Source of the DNA: Nemertoderma westbladi
Taxonomy: Eukaryota; Animalia; Xenacoelomorpha
Length of the DNA: 41,428 nt
Assembly (NCBI GenBank): GCA_032718475.1
Contig: JAUCBJ010004373.1
Location: 1-41,428 of the forward strand
Direction of reading: 5' to 3'
Position numbers and translations under genes: made by a program. This document shows, piece by piece, positions 23,618-35,544 of this stretch; position 1 is the first letter of the stretch, and each line of letters begins with the position of its first letter. The notes beneath the pieces were generated by a model. That model did no database searches, was not told the origin of the DNA, and worked only from the letters and a program-made list of their open reading frames with translations.

Positions 23618-26538
23618 CACTGAAAAAATTGTTCGGCGGTTCTTTTTTTAACCTCTGGTATAAAATTTTCAACCGATGGTTGCTCTTTTAAAACCGCTGG
23701 TTACAAATTGGCATATGCTAAAACGGTGGTTTAAATTTTCCCAAAGTGCAGTGTTACATTGAAACGGTGGTTTAAATTTTCCCAAACTGCAGTGTTACAT
23801 TGAAACGGTGGTTTAAATTTTCCCAAACTGCAGTGTTACATTGAAACGGTGGTTTTCCGGATTGTAATTGCTATCATAAAACAGAAACAGTGTTTGACTT
23901 AGGAATAAACGGCGGTTCATATTATTTGATACAAAGTAACCGGTGGTTTAAAACTTACATTAATCGATTGGTTGAAAAATACATATAACCGTTGATTTAA
24001 AACACAGTAAACGGTGGTTGAAAACTTAGAATAACCGGTGGTTTACAAAAATTAAAATCACAGTTTGTTTACAACACAGTAAACTGTAGTGATCAATAAC
24101 ATAATATCCAATCATGTAAACAATCTTAATACGTTTGTTAAGTACGTTTTTATGTAGCATGTTTTATCAGGTAAATATTTAACAATTGTTTAACATGTTT
24201 TACATTATTTATAACATAAATCAAGCATTCCCTTATATTTGTTGAATGCTACTATATCATGTTGAACAAAAATGTGTTATAAATTACAATGTATGTCTTA
24301 GGGATGTTTGAATAAACCGCCATAAGTTGACCGCTAATTCTGCAATTTGTTCATACTGTCATAGGCCTATCATAATTCAGTCATTTTTTGTGAAAGTACC
24401 ATTGCCATCCTGCGCTGTCCTGCAATCGCAGAATCGGTACCGGTACAATCCTGAAATTTGATTACAGTGATGCAGTGTATCACTGCCACTGGTACAGTAG
24501 TGGTACCGGTTGCCGGTAGTACAGAACAGTAGTACAGTACTGCTGTAGTAGGGCTGTGTAGGGTAGTGTACTCTTTTTGTTTTGTAGTTGTACCGGTACT
24601 ATTTCTGTATTTCTTGGATTGTAGCTATATCTGTGTGTATATTACTGTATTATGAGTACGGTATATTATATTTCTGTATTTGTTTATTATTTTGGTTTGG
24701 TTAGGCCTTGCGGATGCAGCTATGCGGTTGGTTAGTTCTGTAGTTCAGTAGTTGGGTTGGCCAGGCCTTAACCCTAATTAAAACTGTCACATAGGCCAGT
24801 AGGCGTAACCGGGTGGTGAATTTTTAGGGGGGTCAGGGGTGGAAATTCTCTGCTACACCAGTACCTACCGGTGTACCTACCAGTATCCGAGACCCGACAC
24901 AACTTTAGGAGTAGGAAGGCCAATAAACGAAAGTTGTCCTCAACACCATCAACAGCTGCTAACGATAAAGCCGGTACTGAGGTACAGTTGCCTAGAGTAA
25001 AAGTTTAGATCAGGTTTCAGACATATCGCCATTGGATATAGCTAAAGTTAATCTCAAGGAGCCAGATGCAAAAGTGACCGAACGGAAAGTAATAAATCGT
25101 CCTCCTTTGCTCTGCTTATCGGATGATGATAATATAGCTGAGGGATTGGAGATAGTCCCACATCCACGAGGTGCAAAGAGGAAAGTAAGCATTTTTGATT
25201 CTTCTTCTGATGATGAATCCTCGGAATTATCTTATGGATCTAAATCGTCTAGTACCTGCAGTGGTCCATCTGATAGTCGAGATGAGGGTGACTATGTTGG
25301 TGAGTTGGTTTGGGCGCGGCAACGTATAACAAAACCATTCTGGCCTGCCCGAACTGAAAGAGCTCCAGAGGGTTCCGCAATGCCCAAGCCAAAGCATCCA
25401 GGGGACAACTTCAAGTGGATTTACTTCTTTGGTTCTAGCAATTTCTCATGGATTAAAGACACTGGGGAATACATTGTTCCATATTTTGAAAATCGCGAGC
25501 AGCATGGGAAAAGGAAGGCTTCGTCTACAGTCAAATTTCTAAAGGGACTTGATGACATTGATGAAGAATATACCGCAATGTCTGTTAGGAAAAATGATTG
25601 TCCATATCAGGAAGAGTGAATGGTTCAATACATTATCATTTAGGATTTAGGAAACTGTAAATTCATTTATTCAATAATTTGATTATCATTTATATTTGAT
25701 AAACATATTTGATATTTGATATTATATTTGATATTCAATAAACCATTTATTTGAAATCTAAAACACCGACTTGATCCTCATTTGAAACCTGAAACACCGG
25801 TTGATCTTAAATTAACCACAGGTTAAACCATGTATTTGAAACCCGAAACACCGGTTGATCTTAAATTAACCACAGGTTAAACCATATATTTGAAACCTGA
25901 AACAACGGTTGATCCACATTAAACGCAGGTTTAACCATTTATTTTGAAAAAAAACACCGGTTGATCTTAAATTAACCACAGGTTAAACCATATATTTGAA
26001 ACCCGAAACACCGGTTGATCTTAAATTAACCACAGGTTAAACCATATATTTGAAACCCGAAACACCGGTTGATCTTAAATTAACCACAGGTTAACCATAT
26101 ATTTGAAACCTGAAACAACGGTTGATCCACATTAAACGCAGGTTTAACCATTTATTTTGAAAAAAAACACCGGTTGATCTTAAATTAACCACAGGTTAAA
26201 CCATATATTTGAAACCCGAAACACCGGTTGATCTTAAATTAACCACAGGTTAAACCATATATTTGAAACCTGAAACACCGGTTGATCTTAAATTAACCAC
26301 AGGTTAAATCATTTATTTGAAACCTGAAACACCATTGAACTTAAGCACAACCACTGGTTGTTATACGAAAAACAACCTGAGGTTTAATTTATAAAATTTA
26401 ACCACAGGTTATCTTTGAATCGATAAACCTCTGGTTCCTCGAATTAACCGCAGGTCAAAAATTCACCAAATTAACCTGGGGTTATTTTCGAAAACCAGAG
26501 GTTTTTTAAAAAAGAACCACTGGTACGATTTTTCAGTG
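23618..26538. mobile_element. Non-autonomous CMC/EnSpm (CACTA)-like DNA transposon, 2921 bp, carrying a PWWP reading frame
   Basis: TA|CACTGAAAAA ... TTTTTCAGTG|TA (2-bp TSD, ~40-bp imperfect TIR); subterminal arrays of AACC-nnn-GGTT-type motifs (41-bp x3 at ~23720-23855; ~54-bp x ~11 at ~25745-26340); no transposase. Confidence 0.8.
24996..25619 (+). CDS. PWWP-domain reading frame (acidic/Ser-rich linker + C-terminal PWWP); 5' end unresolved, possibly frameshifted or spliced
   Basis: YVGELVWAR..KPFWPAR..WIYFFGSSNFSWIK..IVPY..F.KGL matches the PWWP consensus (GdLVWAK, PwWPa, vxFFG, aWv, py, C-terminal helix). The frame opens after TAG 24993-24995 and has no ATG before the domain. Confidence 0.75.
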   Translation, partial: SKSLDQVSDISPLDIAKVNLKEPDAKVTERKVINRPPLLCLSDDDNIAEGLEIVPHPRGAKRKVSIFDSSSDDESSELSYGSKSSSTCSGPSDSRDEGDYVGELVWARQRITKPFWPARTERAPEGSAMPKPKHPGDNFKWIYFFGSSNFSWIKDTGEYIVPYFENREQHGKRKASSTVKFLKGLDDIDEEYTAMSVRKNDCPYQEE

Positions 26539-26855
26539 TATGTAATAATTAAAATGGACGTTTATGACTTATTAAAGAAGTAGACAGCTGAAGTTTCGCT
26601 ATGGGGTTTTCGTGGTAGGTGATTTCATTTATGATGTCAGTTTTCATGTTTGGCAAAATCGATTCTGTCGGTCGGGTCTGTGGTTTGTACGTCAAATATA
26701 ATAAAACAAATACACGACCTATAGCTAAAATTGTTTTTGAGGGTTTTTGAGGTCCCTGATTTCATATCAGTTTTGACCCCACCCCCCCCCCCCCCCCCAC
26801 CCTCCCCTCTTACGATTCCCAGCATTATACATCTATTAATTTGAAATCAATAAAG

Positions 26856-27061
26856 TTCCCTCAGAACTACTACCTAGCATTTAGAGCAAATTCTTACATT
26901 TATCTTATAGTACCTGTAGTTTGGTTTGGTGCGTATTCCTTGTGGTAGTTGGTTTGGGTTATGTAGCAACTAAAATCGATTTGGTATTTCATTTATTTAA
27001 TGGGCTGTAGACCCTATGAGTTCTAACCGTGGCCCTAAATGCTAGGTAGTATCTGAGGGAA
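26856..27061. mobile_element. Small MITE-like element with ~30-bp inverted repeats
   Basis: TTCCCTCAGAACTACTACCTAGCATTTAGAGC pairs with GCCCTAAATGCTAGGTAGTATCTGAGGGAA. Confidence 0.6.
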
Positions 27062-27064
27062 TCG

Positions 27065-27287
27065 CCCATGTGAAGAATACCAGGATTTCACTTTTCGGTC
27101 GACTTTTTATTAGAATTTTATATATGAAGATTTTTTATTTTTTTTAAATTTATCTTTATTAAGTGTTTTATAGCACTTATTTCTGTCTTATAACCTGTAC
27201 ATATACTAATTCGTTTATTGTTTTGGTTTGATTCAGCCCTTCTGTATCCTGTGTTTTTGGTTGAAAACCTGGTATTCTTCACATGGG
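27065..27287. mobile_element. MITE with perfect 20-bp TIRs (CCC...GGG termini, CMC-like)
   Basis: CCCATGTGAAGAATACCAGG ... CCTGGTATTCTTCACATGGG; TSD not clear. Confidence 0.7.
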
Positions 27288-28328
27288 GGTAACTGCAAAG
27301 TGAAATATAACGGCAGAAAGTCTGGTATTCAAATAAGAACAATAAGTCGGTTTCGTTGCGAATTTGTTAGTGGGCCTTAACACATGAAAGCAATAATTCA
27401 CGGTCCAGTCATCAATGCAGAAGATTAGTGAACCTGCCAAAACCAATTGATCATTATATATAATTGTATCAATAGAAATTGCAAAATGAAAAACGTTTGT
27501 TACCATCGTTACGTAAGCTCTAATAATATATTCACTCTAGTGATACAATCATTTTTAAGTTATAGCCAGTGTGTAGGTCTAATTCTTTCTTATGGTCTCG
27601 GATAATTGAATCTGAATTCTTTCTTGCTTTTTTGAGAAAATTATTATTGAAATAATAATTAGTTCTAATGTAATTAATTCTGCCTTCCTCGAAGGCATTA
27701 TGAGTAGCCTAATAATATTGCTCCAGCTACAAGTTGATGCAAACCACCCCAAAAATCAAAATATATTAGAATTAACTGTTTACCCTAATTAATAAATTAA
27801 TGCCCATCTGATCATATGACAGGGAGACCTGATCCAAGGCAATCTGCCTGACTTATTGCGCCAGCACGAGTCATTGGCGCAAAATGAGAGCAAATACCAA
27901 ACTATGTGTTGTGTTTAGTGGTTTTAAAAAATAATTTATTAATTTCTAACAAAAAATGAATGAAAGTTTTTCATTTGAGGTCAATTTTCCCCACTATATA
28001 TCTGCCTTTATTTCCCATGTGTACTCCAATCATTGTATCTTCCCTCTCCCTTTAATCTAACTTACTACTACTACTGTACTAGGCTGAACGGGCTCGGGCA
28101 TTGGAAATGAGAAGAATAATGAATAATTAGACCGAGATAGTTAGCAGCATGCGGTTCGAGATGCTACATATGTTGCAACACGTAAGGCCGAGAGCATTTC
28201 TAACAACTTTTTATATTTATTATAGGAAGGGATCTGGGTCTTAACCTCGAATGATAATAAGTTTATTTTACCGATAATTTTACCTTCCTATAATAAATAT
28301 ATAATAACAAACATCTCGAAAAATACAG

Positions 28329-31300
28329 CTTGCCAACACATTGTTACTAACAACTTTGTCTCACACATCCCTGTTCTGTAGCTTCCGTTCTTGCCAACAC
28401 ATTGTTACTAACAACTTTGTCTCACATCCCTGTTCTGTAGCCTCCGTTCTTGCCAACACATTGTTACTAACAACTTTGTCTCACATCCCTGTTCTGTAGC
28501 CTCCGTTCTTGCCAACACATTGTTACTAACAACTTTGTCTCACACATCCCTGTTCTGTAGCCTCCGTTCTTGCCAACACATTGTTACTAACAACTTTGTC
28601 TCACACATCCCTGTTCTGTAGCTTCCGTTCTTGCCAACACATTGTTACTAACAACTTTGTCTCACATCCCTGTTCTGTAGCCTCCGTTCTTGCCAACACA
28701 TTGTTACTAACAACTTTGTCTCACACATCCCTGTTCTGTAGCCTCCGTTCTTGCCAACACATTGTTACTAACAACTTTGTCTCACACATCCCTGTTCTGT
28801 AGCCTCCGTTCTTGCCAACACATTGTTACTAACAACTTTGTCTCACACATCCCTGTTCTGTAGCCTCCGTTCTTGCCAACACATTGTTACTAACAACTTT
28901 GTCTCACACATCCCTGTTCTGTAGCCTCCGTTCTTGCCAACACATTGTTACTAACAACTTTGTCTCACACATCCCTGTTCTGTAGCCTCCGTTCTTGCCA
29001 ACACATTGTTACTAACAACTTTGTCTCACACATCCCTGTTCTGTAGCCTCCGTTCTTGCCAACACATTGTTACTAACAACTTTGTCTCACACATCCCTGT
29101 TCTGTAGCCTCCGTTCTTGCCAACACATTGTTACTAACAACTTTGTCTCACACATCCCTGTTCTGTAGCCTCCGTTCTTGCCAACACATTGTTACTAACA
29201 ACTTTGTCTCACACATCCCTGTTCTGTAGCCTCCGTTCTTGCCAACACATTGTTACTAACAACTTTGTCTCACACATCCCTGTTCTGTAGCCTCCGTTCT
29301 TGCCAACACATTGTTACTAACAACTTTGTCTCACACATCCCTGTTCTGTAGCCTCCGTTCTTGCCAACACATTGTTACTAACAACTTTGTCTCACACATC
29401 CCTGTTCTGTAGCCTCCGTTCTTGCCAACACATTGTTACTAACAACTTTGTCTCACACATCCCTGTTCTGTAGCCTCCGTTCTTGCCAACACATTGTTAC
29501 TAACAACTTTGTCTCACACATCCCTGTTCTGTAGCCTCCGTTCTTGCCAACACATTGTTACTAACAACTTTGTCTCCACATCCCTGTTCTGTAGCCTCCG
29601 TTCTTGCCAACACATTGTTACTAACAACTTTGTCTCACACATCCCTGTTCTGTAGCCTCCGTTCTTGCCAACACATTGTTACTAACAACTTTGTCTCACA
29701 CATCCCTGTTCTGTAGCCTCCGTTCTTGCCAACACATTGTTACTAACAACTTTGTCTCACATCCCTGTTCTGTAGACTCCGTTCTTGCCAACACATTGTT
29801 ACTAACAACTTTGTCTCACACATCCCTGTTCTGTAGCCTCCGTTCTTGCCAACACATTGTTACTAACAACTTTGTCTCACACATCCCTGTTCTGTAGACT
29901 CCGTTCTTGCCAACACATTGTTACTAACAACTTTGTCTCACACATCCCTGTTCTGTAGCCTCCGTTCTTGCCAACACATTGTTACTAACAACTTTGTCTC
30001 ACACATCCCTGTTCTGTAGACTCCGTTCTTGCCAACACATTGTTACTAACAACTTTGTCTCACACATCCCTGTTCTGTAGACTCCGTTCTTGCCAACACA
30101 TTGTTACTAACAACTTTGTCTCACACATCCCTGTTCTGTAGCCTCCGTTCTTGCCAACACATTGTTACTAACAACTTTGTCTCACACATCCCTGTTCTGT
30201 AGCTTCCGTTCTTGCCAACACATTGTTACTAACAACTTTGTCTCACACATCCCTGTTCTGTAGCCTCCGTTCTTGCCAACACATTGTTACTAACAACTTT
30301 GTCTCACACATCCGTGGTCGGCGTCTACCGTCCCCATAGCCAACACATTGTTACTAACAACTTTGTCTCACACATCCCTGTTCTGTAGCCTCCGTTCTTG
30401 CCAACACATTGTTACTAACAACTTTGTCTCACACATCCCTGTTCTGTAGACTCCGTTCTTGCCAACACATTGTTACTAACAACTTTGTCTCACACATCGG
30501 GCGGCGTCTACCGACCCCATAGCCAACACATTGTTACTAACAACTTTGTCTCACACATCCCTGTTCTGTAGCCTCCGTTCTTGCCAACACATTGTTACTA
30601 ACAACTTTGTCTCACACATCCCTGTTCTGTAGCCTCCGTTCTTGCCAACACATTGTTACTAACAACTTTGTCTCACACATCGCTATTCTGTAGCTTCCGT
30701 TCTTGCCAACACATTGTTACTAACAACTTTGTCTCACACATCCCTGTTCTGTAGCCTCCGTTCTTGCCAACACATTGTTACTAACAACTTTGTCTCACAC
30801 ATCCCTGTTCTGTAGCTTCCGTTCTTGCCAACACATTGTTACTAACAACTTTGTCTCACACATCCCTGTTCTGTAGCTTCCGTTCTTGCCAACACATTGT
30901 TACTAACAACTTTGTCTCACACATCCCTGTTCTGTAGCCTCCGTTCTTGCCAACACATTGTTACTAACAACTTTGTCTCACACATCCCTGTTCTGTAGCT
31001 TCCGTTCTTGCCAACACATTGTTACTAACAACTTTGTCTCACACATCCCTGTTCTGTAGCCTCCGTTCTTGCCAACACATTGTTACTAACAACTTTGTCT
31101 CACACATCCCTGTTCTGTAGCCTCCGTTCTTGCCAACACATTGTTACTAACAACTTTGTCTCACACATCCCTGTTCTGTAGCTTCCGTTCTTGCCAACAC
31201 ATTGTTACTAACAACTTTGTCTCACACATCCCTGTTCTGTAGCCTCCGTTCTTGCCAACACATTGTTACTAACAACTTGCCAATACATTGTTACTAACAA

Positions 31301-33682
31301 CTTTGTCTCACACATCCCTGTTCTGTAGCCTCCGTTCTTGCCAACACATTGTTACTAACAACTTTGTCTCACACATCCCTGTTCTGTAGCTTCCGTTCTT
31401 GCCAACACATTGTTACTAACAACTTTGTCTCACACATCCCTGTTCTGTAGCCTCCGTTCTTGCCAACACATTGTTACTAACAACTTTGTCTCACACATCC
31501 CTGTTCTGTAGCCTCCGTTCTTGCCAACACATTGTTACTAACAACTTTGTCTCACACATCCCTGTTCTGTAGCCTCCGTTCTTGCCAACACATTGTTACT
31601 AACAACTTTGTCTCACACATCCCTGTTCTGTAGCCTCCGTTCTTGCCAACACATTGTTACTAACAACTTTGTCTCACACATCCCTGTTCTGTAGCCTCCG
31701 TTCTTGCCAACACATTGTTACTAACAACTTTGTCTCACACATCCCTGTTCTGTAGCCTCCGTTCTTGCCAACACATTGTTACTAACAACTTTGTCTCACA
31801 CATCCCTGTTCTGTAGCCTCCGTTCTTGCCAACACATTGTTACTAACAACTTTGTCTCACACATCCCTGTTCTGTAGCCTCCGTTCTTGCCAACACATTG
31901 TTACTAACAACTTTGTCTCACACATCCCTGTTCTGTAGCCTCCGTTCTTGCCAACACATTGTTACTAACAACTTTGTCTCACACATCCCTGTTCTGTAGC
32001 CTCCGTTCTTGCCAACACATTGTTACTAACAACTTTGTCTCACACATCCCTGTTCTGTAGCCTCCGTTCTTGCCAACACATTGTTACTAACAACTTTGTC
32101 TCACACATCCCTGTTCTGTAGCCTCCGTTCTTGCCAACACATTGTTACTAACAACTTTGTCTCACACATCCCTGTTCTGTAGCCTCCGTTCTTGCCAACA
32201 CATTGTTACTAACAACTTTGTCTCACACATCCCTGTTCTGTAGCCTCCGTTCTTGCCAACACATTGTTACTAACAACTTTGTCTCACACATCCCTGTTCT
32301 GTAGCCTCCGTTCTTGCCAACACATTGTTACTAACAACTTTGTCTCACACATCCCTGTTCTGTAGCCTCCGTTCTTGCCAACACATTGTTACTAACAACT
32401 TTGTCTCACACATCCCTGTTCTGTAGCCTCCGTTCTTGCCAACACATTGTTACTAACAACTTTGTCTCACACATCCCTGTTCTGTAGCCTCCGTTCTTGC
32501 CAACACATTGTTACTAACAACTTTGTCTCACACATCCCTGTTCTGTAGACTCCGTTCTTGCCAACACATTGTTACTAACAACTTTGTCTCACACATCCCT
32601 GTTCTGTAGCCTCCGTTCTTGCCAACACATTGATACTAACAACTTTGTCTCACACATCCCTGTTCTGTAGCCGCCGTTCTTGCCAACACATTGTTACTAA
32701 CAACTTTGTCTCACACATCCCTGTTCTGTAGCCTCCGTTCTTGCCAACACATTGTTACTAACAACTTTGTCTCACACATCCCTGTTCTGTAGCCGCCGTT
32801 CTTGCCAACACATTGTTACTAACAACTTTGTCTCACACATCCCTGTTCTGTAGACTCCGTTCTTGCCAACACATTGTTACTAACAACTTTGTCTCACACA
32901 TCCCTGTTCTGTAGCCTCCGTTCTTGCCAACACATTGTTACTAACAACTTGGTCTCACACATCGCTGTTCTGTAGCCTCCGTTCTTGCCAACACATTGTT
33001 ACTAACAACTTTGTCTCACACATCCCTGTTCTGTAGACTCCGTTCTTGCCAACACATTGTTACTAACAACTTTGTCTCACACATCCCTGTTCTGTAGCTT
33101 CCGTTCTTGCCAACACATTGTTACTAACAACTTTGTCTCACACATCCCTGTTCTGTAGCTTCCGTTCTTGCCAACACATTGTTACTAACAACTTTGTCTC
33201 ACACATCCCTGTTCTGTAGCTTCCGTTCTTGCCAACACATTGTTACTAACAACTTTGTCTCACACATCCCTGTTCTGTAGCCGCCGTTCTTGCCAACACA
33301 TTGTTACTAACAACTTTGTCTCACACATCCCTGTTCTGTAGCCTCCGTTCTTGCCAACACATTGTTACTAACAACTTTGTCTCACACAGCCCTGTTCTGT
33401 AGCCTCCGTTCTTGCCAACACATTGTTACTAACAACTTTGTCTCACACATCCCTGTTCTGTAGACTCCGTTCTTGCCAACACATTGTTACTAACAACTTT
33501 GTCTCACACATCCCTGTTCTGTAGCCTCCGTTCTTGCCAACACATTGTTACTAACAACTTGCCAACACATTGTTACTAACAACTTTGTCTCACACATCCC
33601 TGTTCTGTAGCCTCCGTTCTTGCCAACACATTGTTACTAACAACTTTGTCTCACACATCCCTGTTCTGTAGCCTCCGTTCTT
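28329..33682 (+). repeat. 61-bp tandem array (~88 copies) containing TACTAAC, a pyrimidine-rich tract and a single AG
   Basis: Unit TTGCCAACACATTGTTACTAACAACTTTGTCTCACACATCCCTGTTCTGTAGCCTCCGTTC, nearly invariant. Confidence 0.97.
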
Positions 33683-33898
33683 TTCATCTTTCTCATTTGA
33701 TTTGATCAGACTCGTCATTCTTCATGTCGGATAGCCACTTCCTCTAGTTAATTAACACTTTCAATAATTTATATAGTATGTCTATAATTTGCCCATTCTA
33801 GATTTTATTTTTCTATAATATACAGAAATGTTATGAAACTTTTTAATTAAATACCGGTATACAAATTGTACGTAATCGATAGTAATTAATTTTTGACC

Positions 33899-34771
33899 AT
33901 GGCTTCGTCTTCATGCAGTTACCTTCTACTGGACACACGAGAGAAAGCGACTGAAATCATTGACAGTGTTATCAATAAAGTAAATCAATTTTCTTTAGAT
34001 TTCGAAGGAGTTCGATTAAACAGGAATGGAGAACTTTGTTTAATCCAGATAAGTCCTGCTGATAGCAATGTATGTTACTTATTTGATATTGTGGCATTGG
34101 GTTCTTGGGTGTTTGATAATGGCCTAAAGACTGTTCTAGAGAACAAAGATATTGACAAAATCATGTTTGATTGCAGAAACGATGCTGATGCGTTGAAGCA
34201 CATATATGGAGTCACTTTGTCCGGGATTTTAGATCTTCAGGTGTTAGAATATATGAGGTTAAAATCCACCACTAAGAAAGGAATACCGCGTGTCAGTTCT
34301 TTGGGTTGGATCTTGGCAAATGCACAAAGGAATCTTTCCCTCCGCATACCGACGAATGAGGCTTTAAAGCGCAAAGTATCTGAGATGATGAATGCTGATC
34401 GTTCGGTATGGATTCGTCGTCCATTGAGTGATGACCTTCTAGAATACGCAGCCAGTGACGTCATGTTCCTACAGCCTCTCTATAAACGCATGTTGTTACT
34501 AATTGATCAGAGGGATACTGTGGAGCTTTTACGAATCGCCTCAACGCGCTACGCGGCACGCCGAGCTGATGTGGACGGTGTCGACGCTTTCTACATAAAA
34601 AATGCGGTATTTCCGCTTGATATAATACCAAGTTCTGTGGCACAAATATTTCCCGATTCAGGCTCTGTATGCTGCGGTTGTAAGTGGCGATTTACTGATG
34701 AAAAAATGACAACATACAACGGTTTAAAACTGTGTCTCAGATGCAAGGATGTGCATCGTTGGATGGACTGA
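33899..34771 (+). CDS. Intronless EXD1/Egalitarian-like DEDDy 3'-5' exonuclease domain protein (290 aa) with C-terminal CxxC..CxxC
   Basis: ACCATGG Kozak start; ExoI SLDFEG, LCLIQIS, YLFDI, ExoII KIMFDCRNDADAL, DLQV, ExoIII WIRRPLSDDLLEYAASDV; tail CCGC-x17-CLRC. Confidence 0.88.
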   Translation: MASSSCSYLLLDTREKATEIIDSVINKVNQFSLDFEGVRLNRNGELCLIQISPADSNVCYLFDIVALGSWVFDNGLKTVLENKDIDKIMFDCRNDADALKHIYGVTLSGILDLQVLEYMRLKSTTKKGIPRVSSLGWILANAQRNLSLRIPTNEALKRKVSEMMNADRSVWIRRPLSDDLLEYAASDVMFLQPLYKRMLLLIDQRDTVELLRIASTRYAARRADVDGVDAFYIKNAVFPLDIIPSSVAQIFPDSGSVCCGCKWRFTDEKMTTYNGLKLCLRCKDVHRWMD

Positions 34772-35544
34772 GACTGAGATGTGAAAATTTTGTTAGTAAA
34801 ATTACCAGAGACAGTACAATTATAATTGTTTATCTAATTCGGTCTGTTTTAATCTAATTAGAAATTAGTGATGGAGTTTTTTGACGCTTGAAATAGTTTT
34901 TATTAAATATTACGTAATTCTTATGTTTTGATAGAAACTGTTTTTTTTTCATCTTCAAATTTCAATTTCCATATTATTGATTTAATAGTTGTTATATTAA
35001 ACTTGTTGCAAAGTACCAACCTATTGTTGTATGCCAATGATATTTCCTGGTAAATCCTGCTGTTTGATTCAGGCTCACAGCAGGATCCAGACATTGCTTA
35101 AAAATTACATGGAACTATACAGGCAGAGCACCGTCCGGAACTATACAGGCAGAGCAACCGTCCCTGACATGTTTTCCAGGTTGGTTGTGGTTCCGGTACC
35201 GTTTATTGAGGAATCAGTCAGTGCAGTTGTCATATTCTGGGGAACTTTAAGAACAATCGTGGATATGGAATCAACTTTCAACAGCAACCCTCTGTGACAT
35301 ATGGCAGTACCACGAACTGCAATCTGACCTTCTACATGGAAGAACTGACCTACCAGCACAAGAACAGTGGAGTAACTTAAAGGGTGGGGTACTCCCTCAG
35401 ATATTTAGATATTTTTGTTATACAGCTGTATTGTTGGTCAATACCATTATTATGTCGTATTCAGAGCCCCGAAGATGAGAATTATACAATTTATAGTCTC
35501 CTCCAGCGGCGAGCGGCCGACGGAATACTAACAACTAGTCCCTT

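Larger units (their letters stand above)
23168..26785. mobile_element. Possible older TTAA-targeting (Kolobok-like) non-autonomous element, interrupted by the CACTA-like element
   Basis: TTAA|GGGGTGGGGTCA at left and TGACCCCACCCC at right (12-bp IR); the right TSD is not visible (poly-C run). Confidence 0.3.

Noticed and set aside
24991-25001. CCTAGAGTAAA match between the PWWP region and the 39-bp unit
   Set aside because: Only 11 bp; compatible with chance.
27823-28130. Possible small + strand exons (GDLIQGNLPDLLRQHESLAQNESKYQ; AERARALEMRRIMNN*)
   Set aside because: Protein-like but short, with weak splice sites and no consistent gene model.
28329-33682. CRISPR-like appearance of the arrays
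   Set aside because: Units are identical with no unique spacers, no cas genes are present and the context is eukaryotic.
35031-35370. Minus-strand GPCR-N-terminus-like remnant (MTTALTDSSINGTGTTTNLENMSG..)
   Set aside because: Multiple stops and a 20-bp duplication; resemblance too weak to call.
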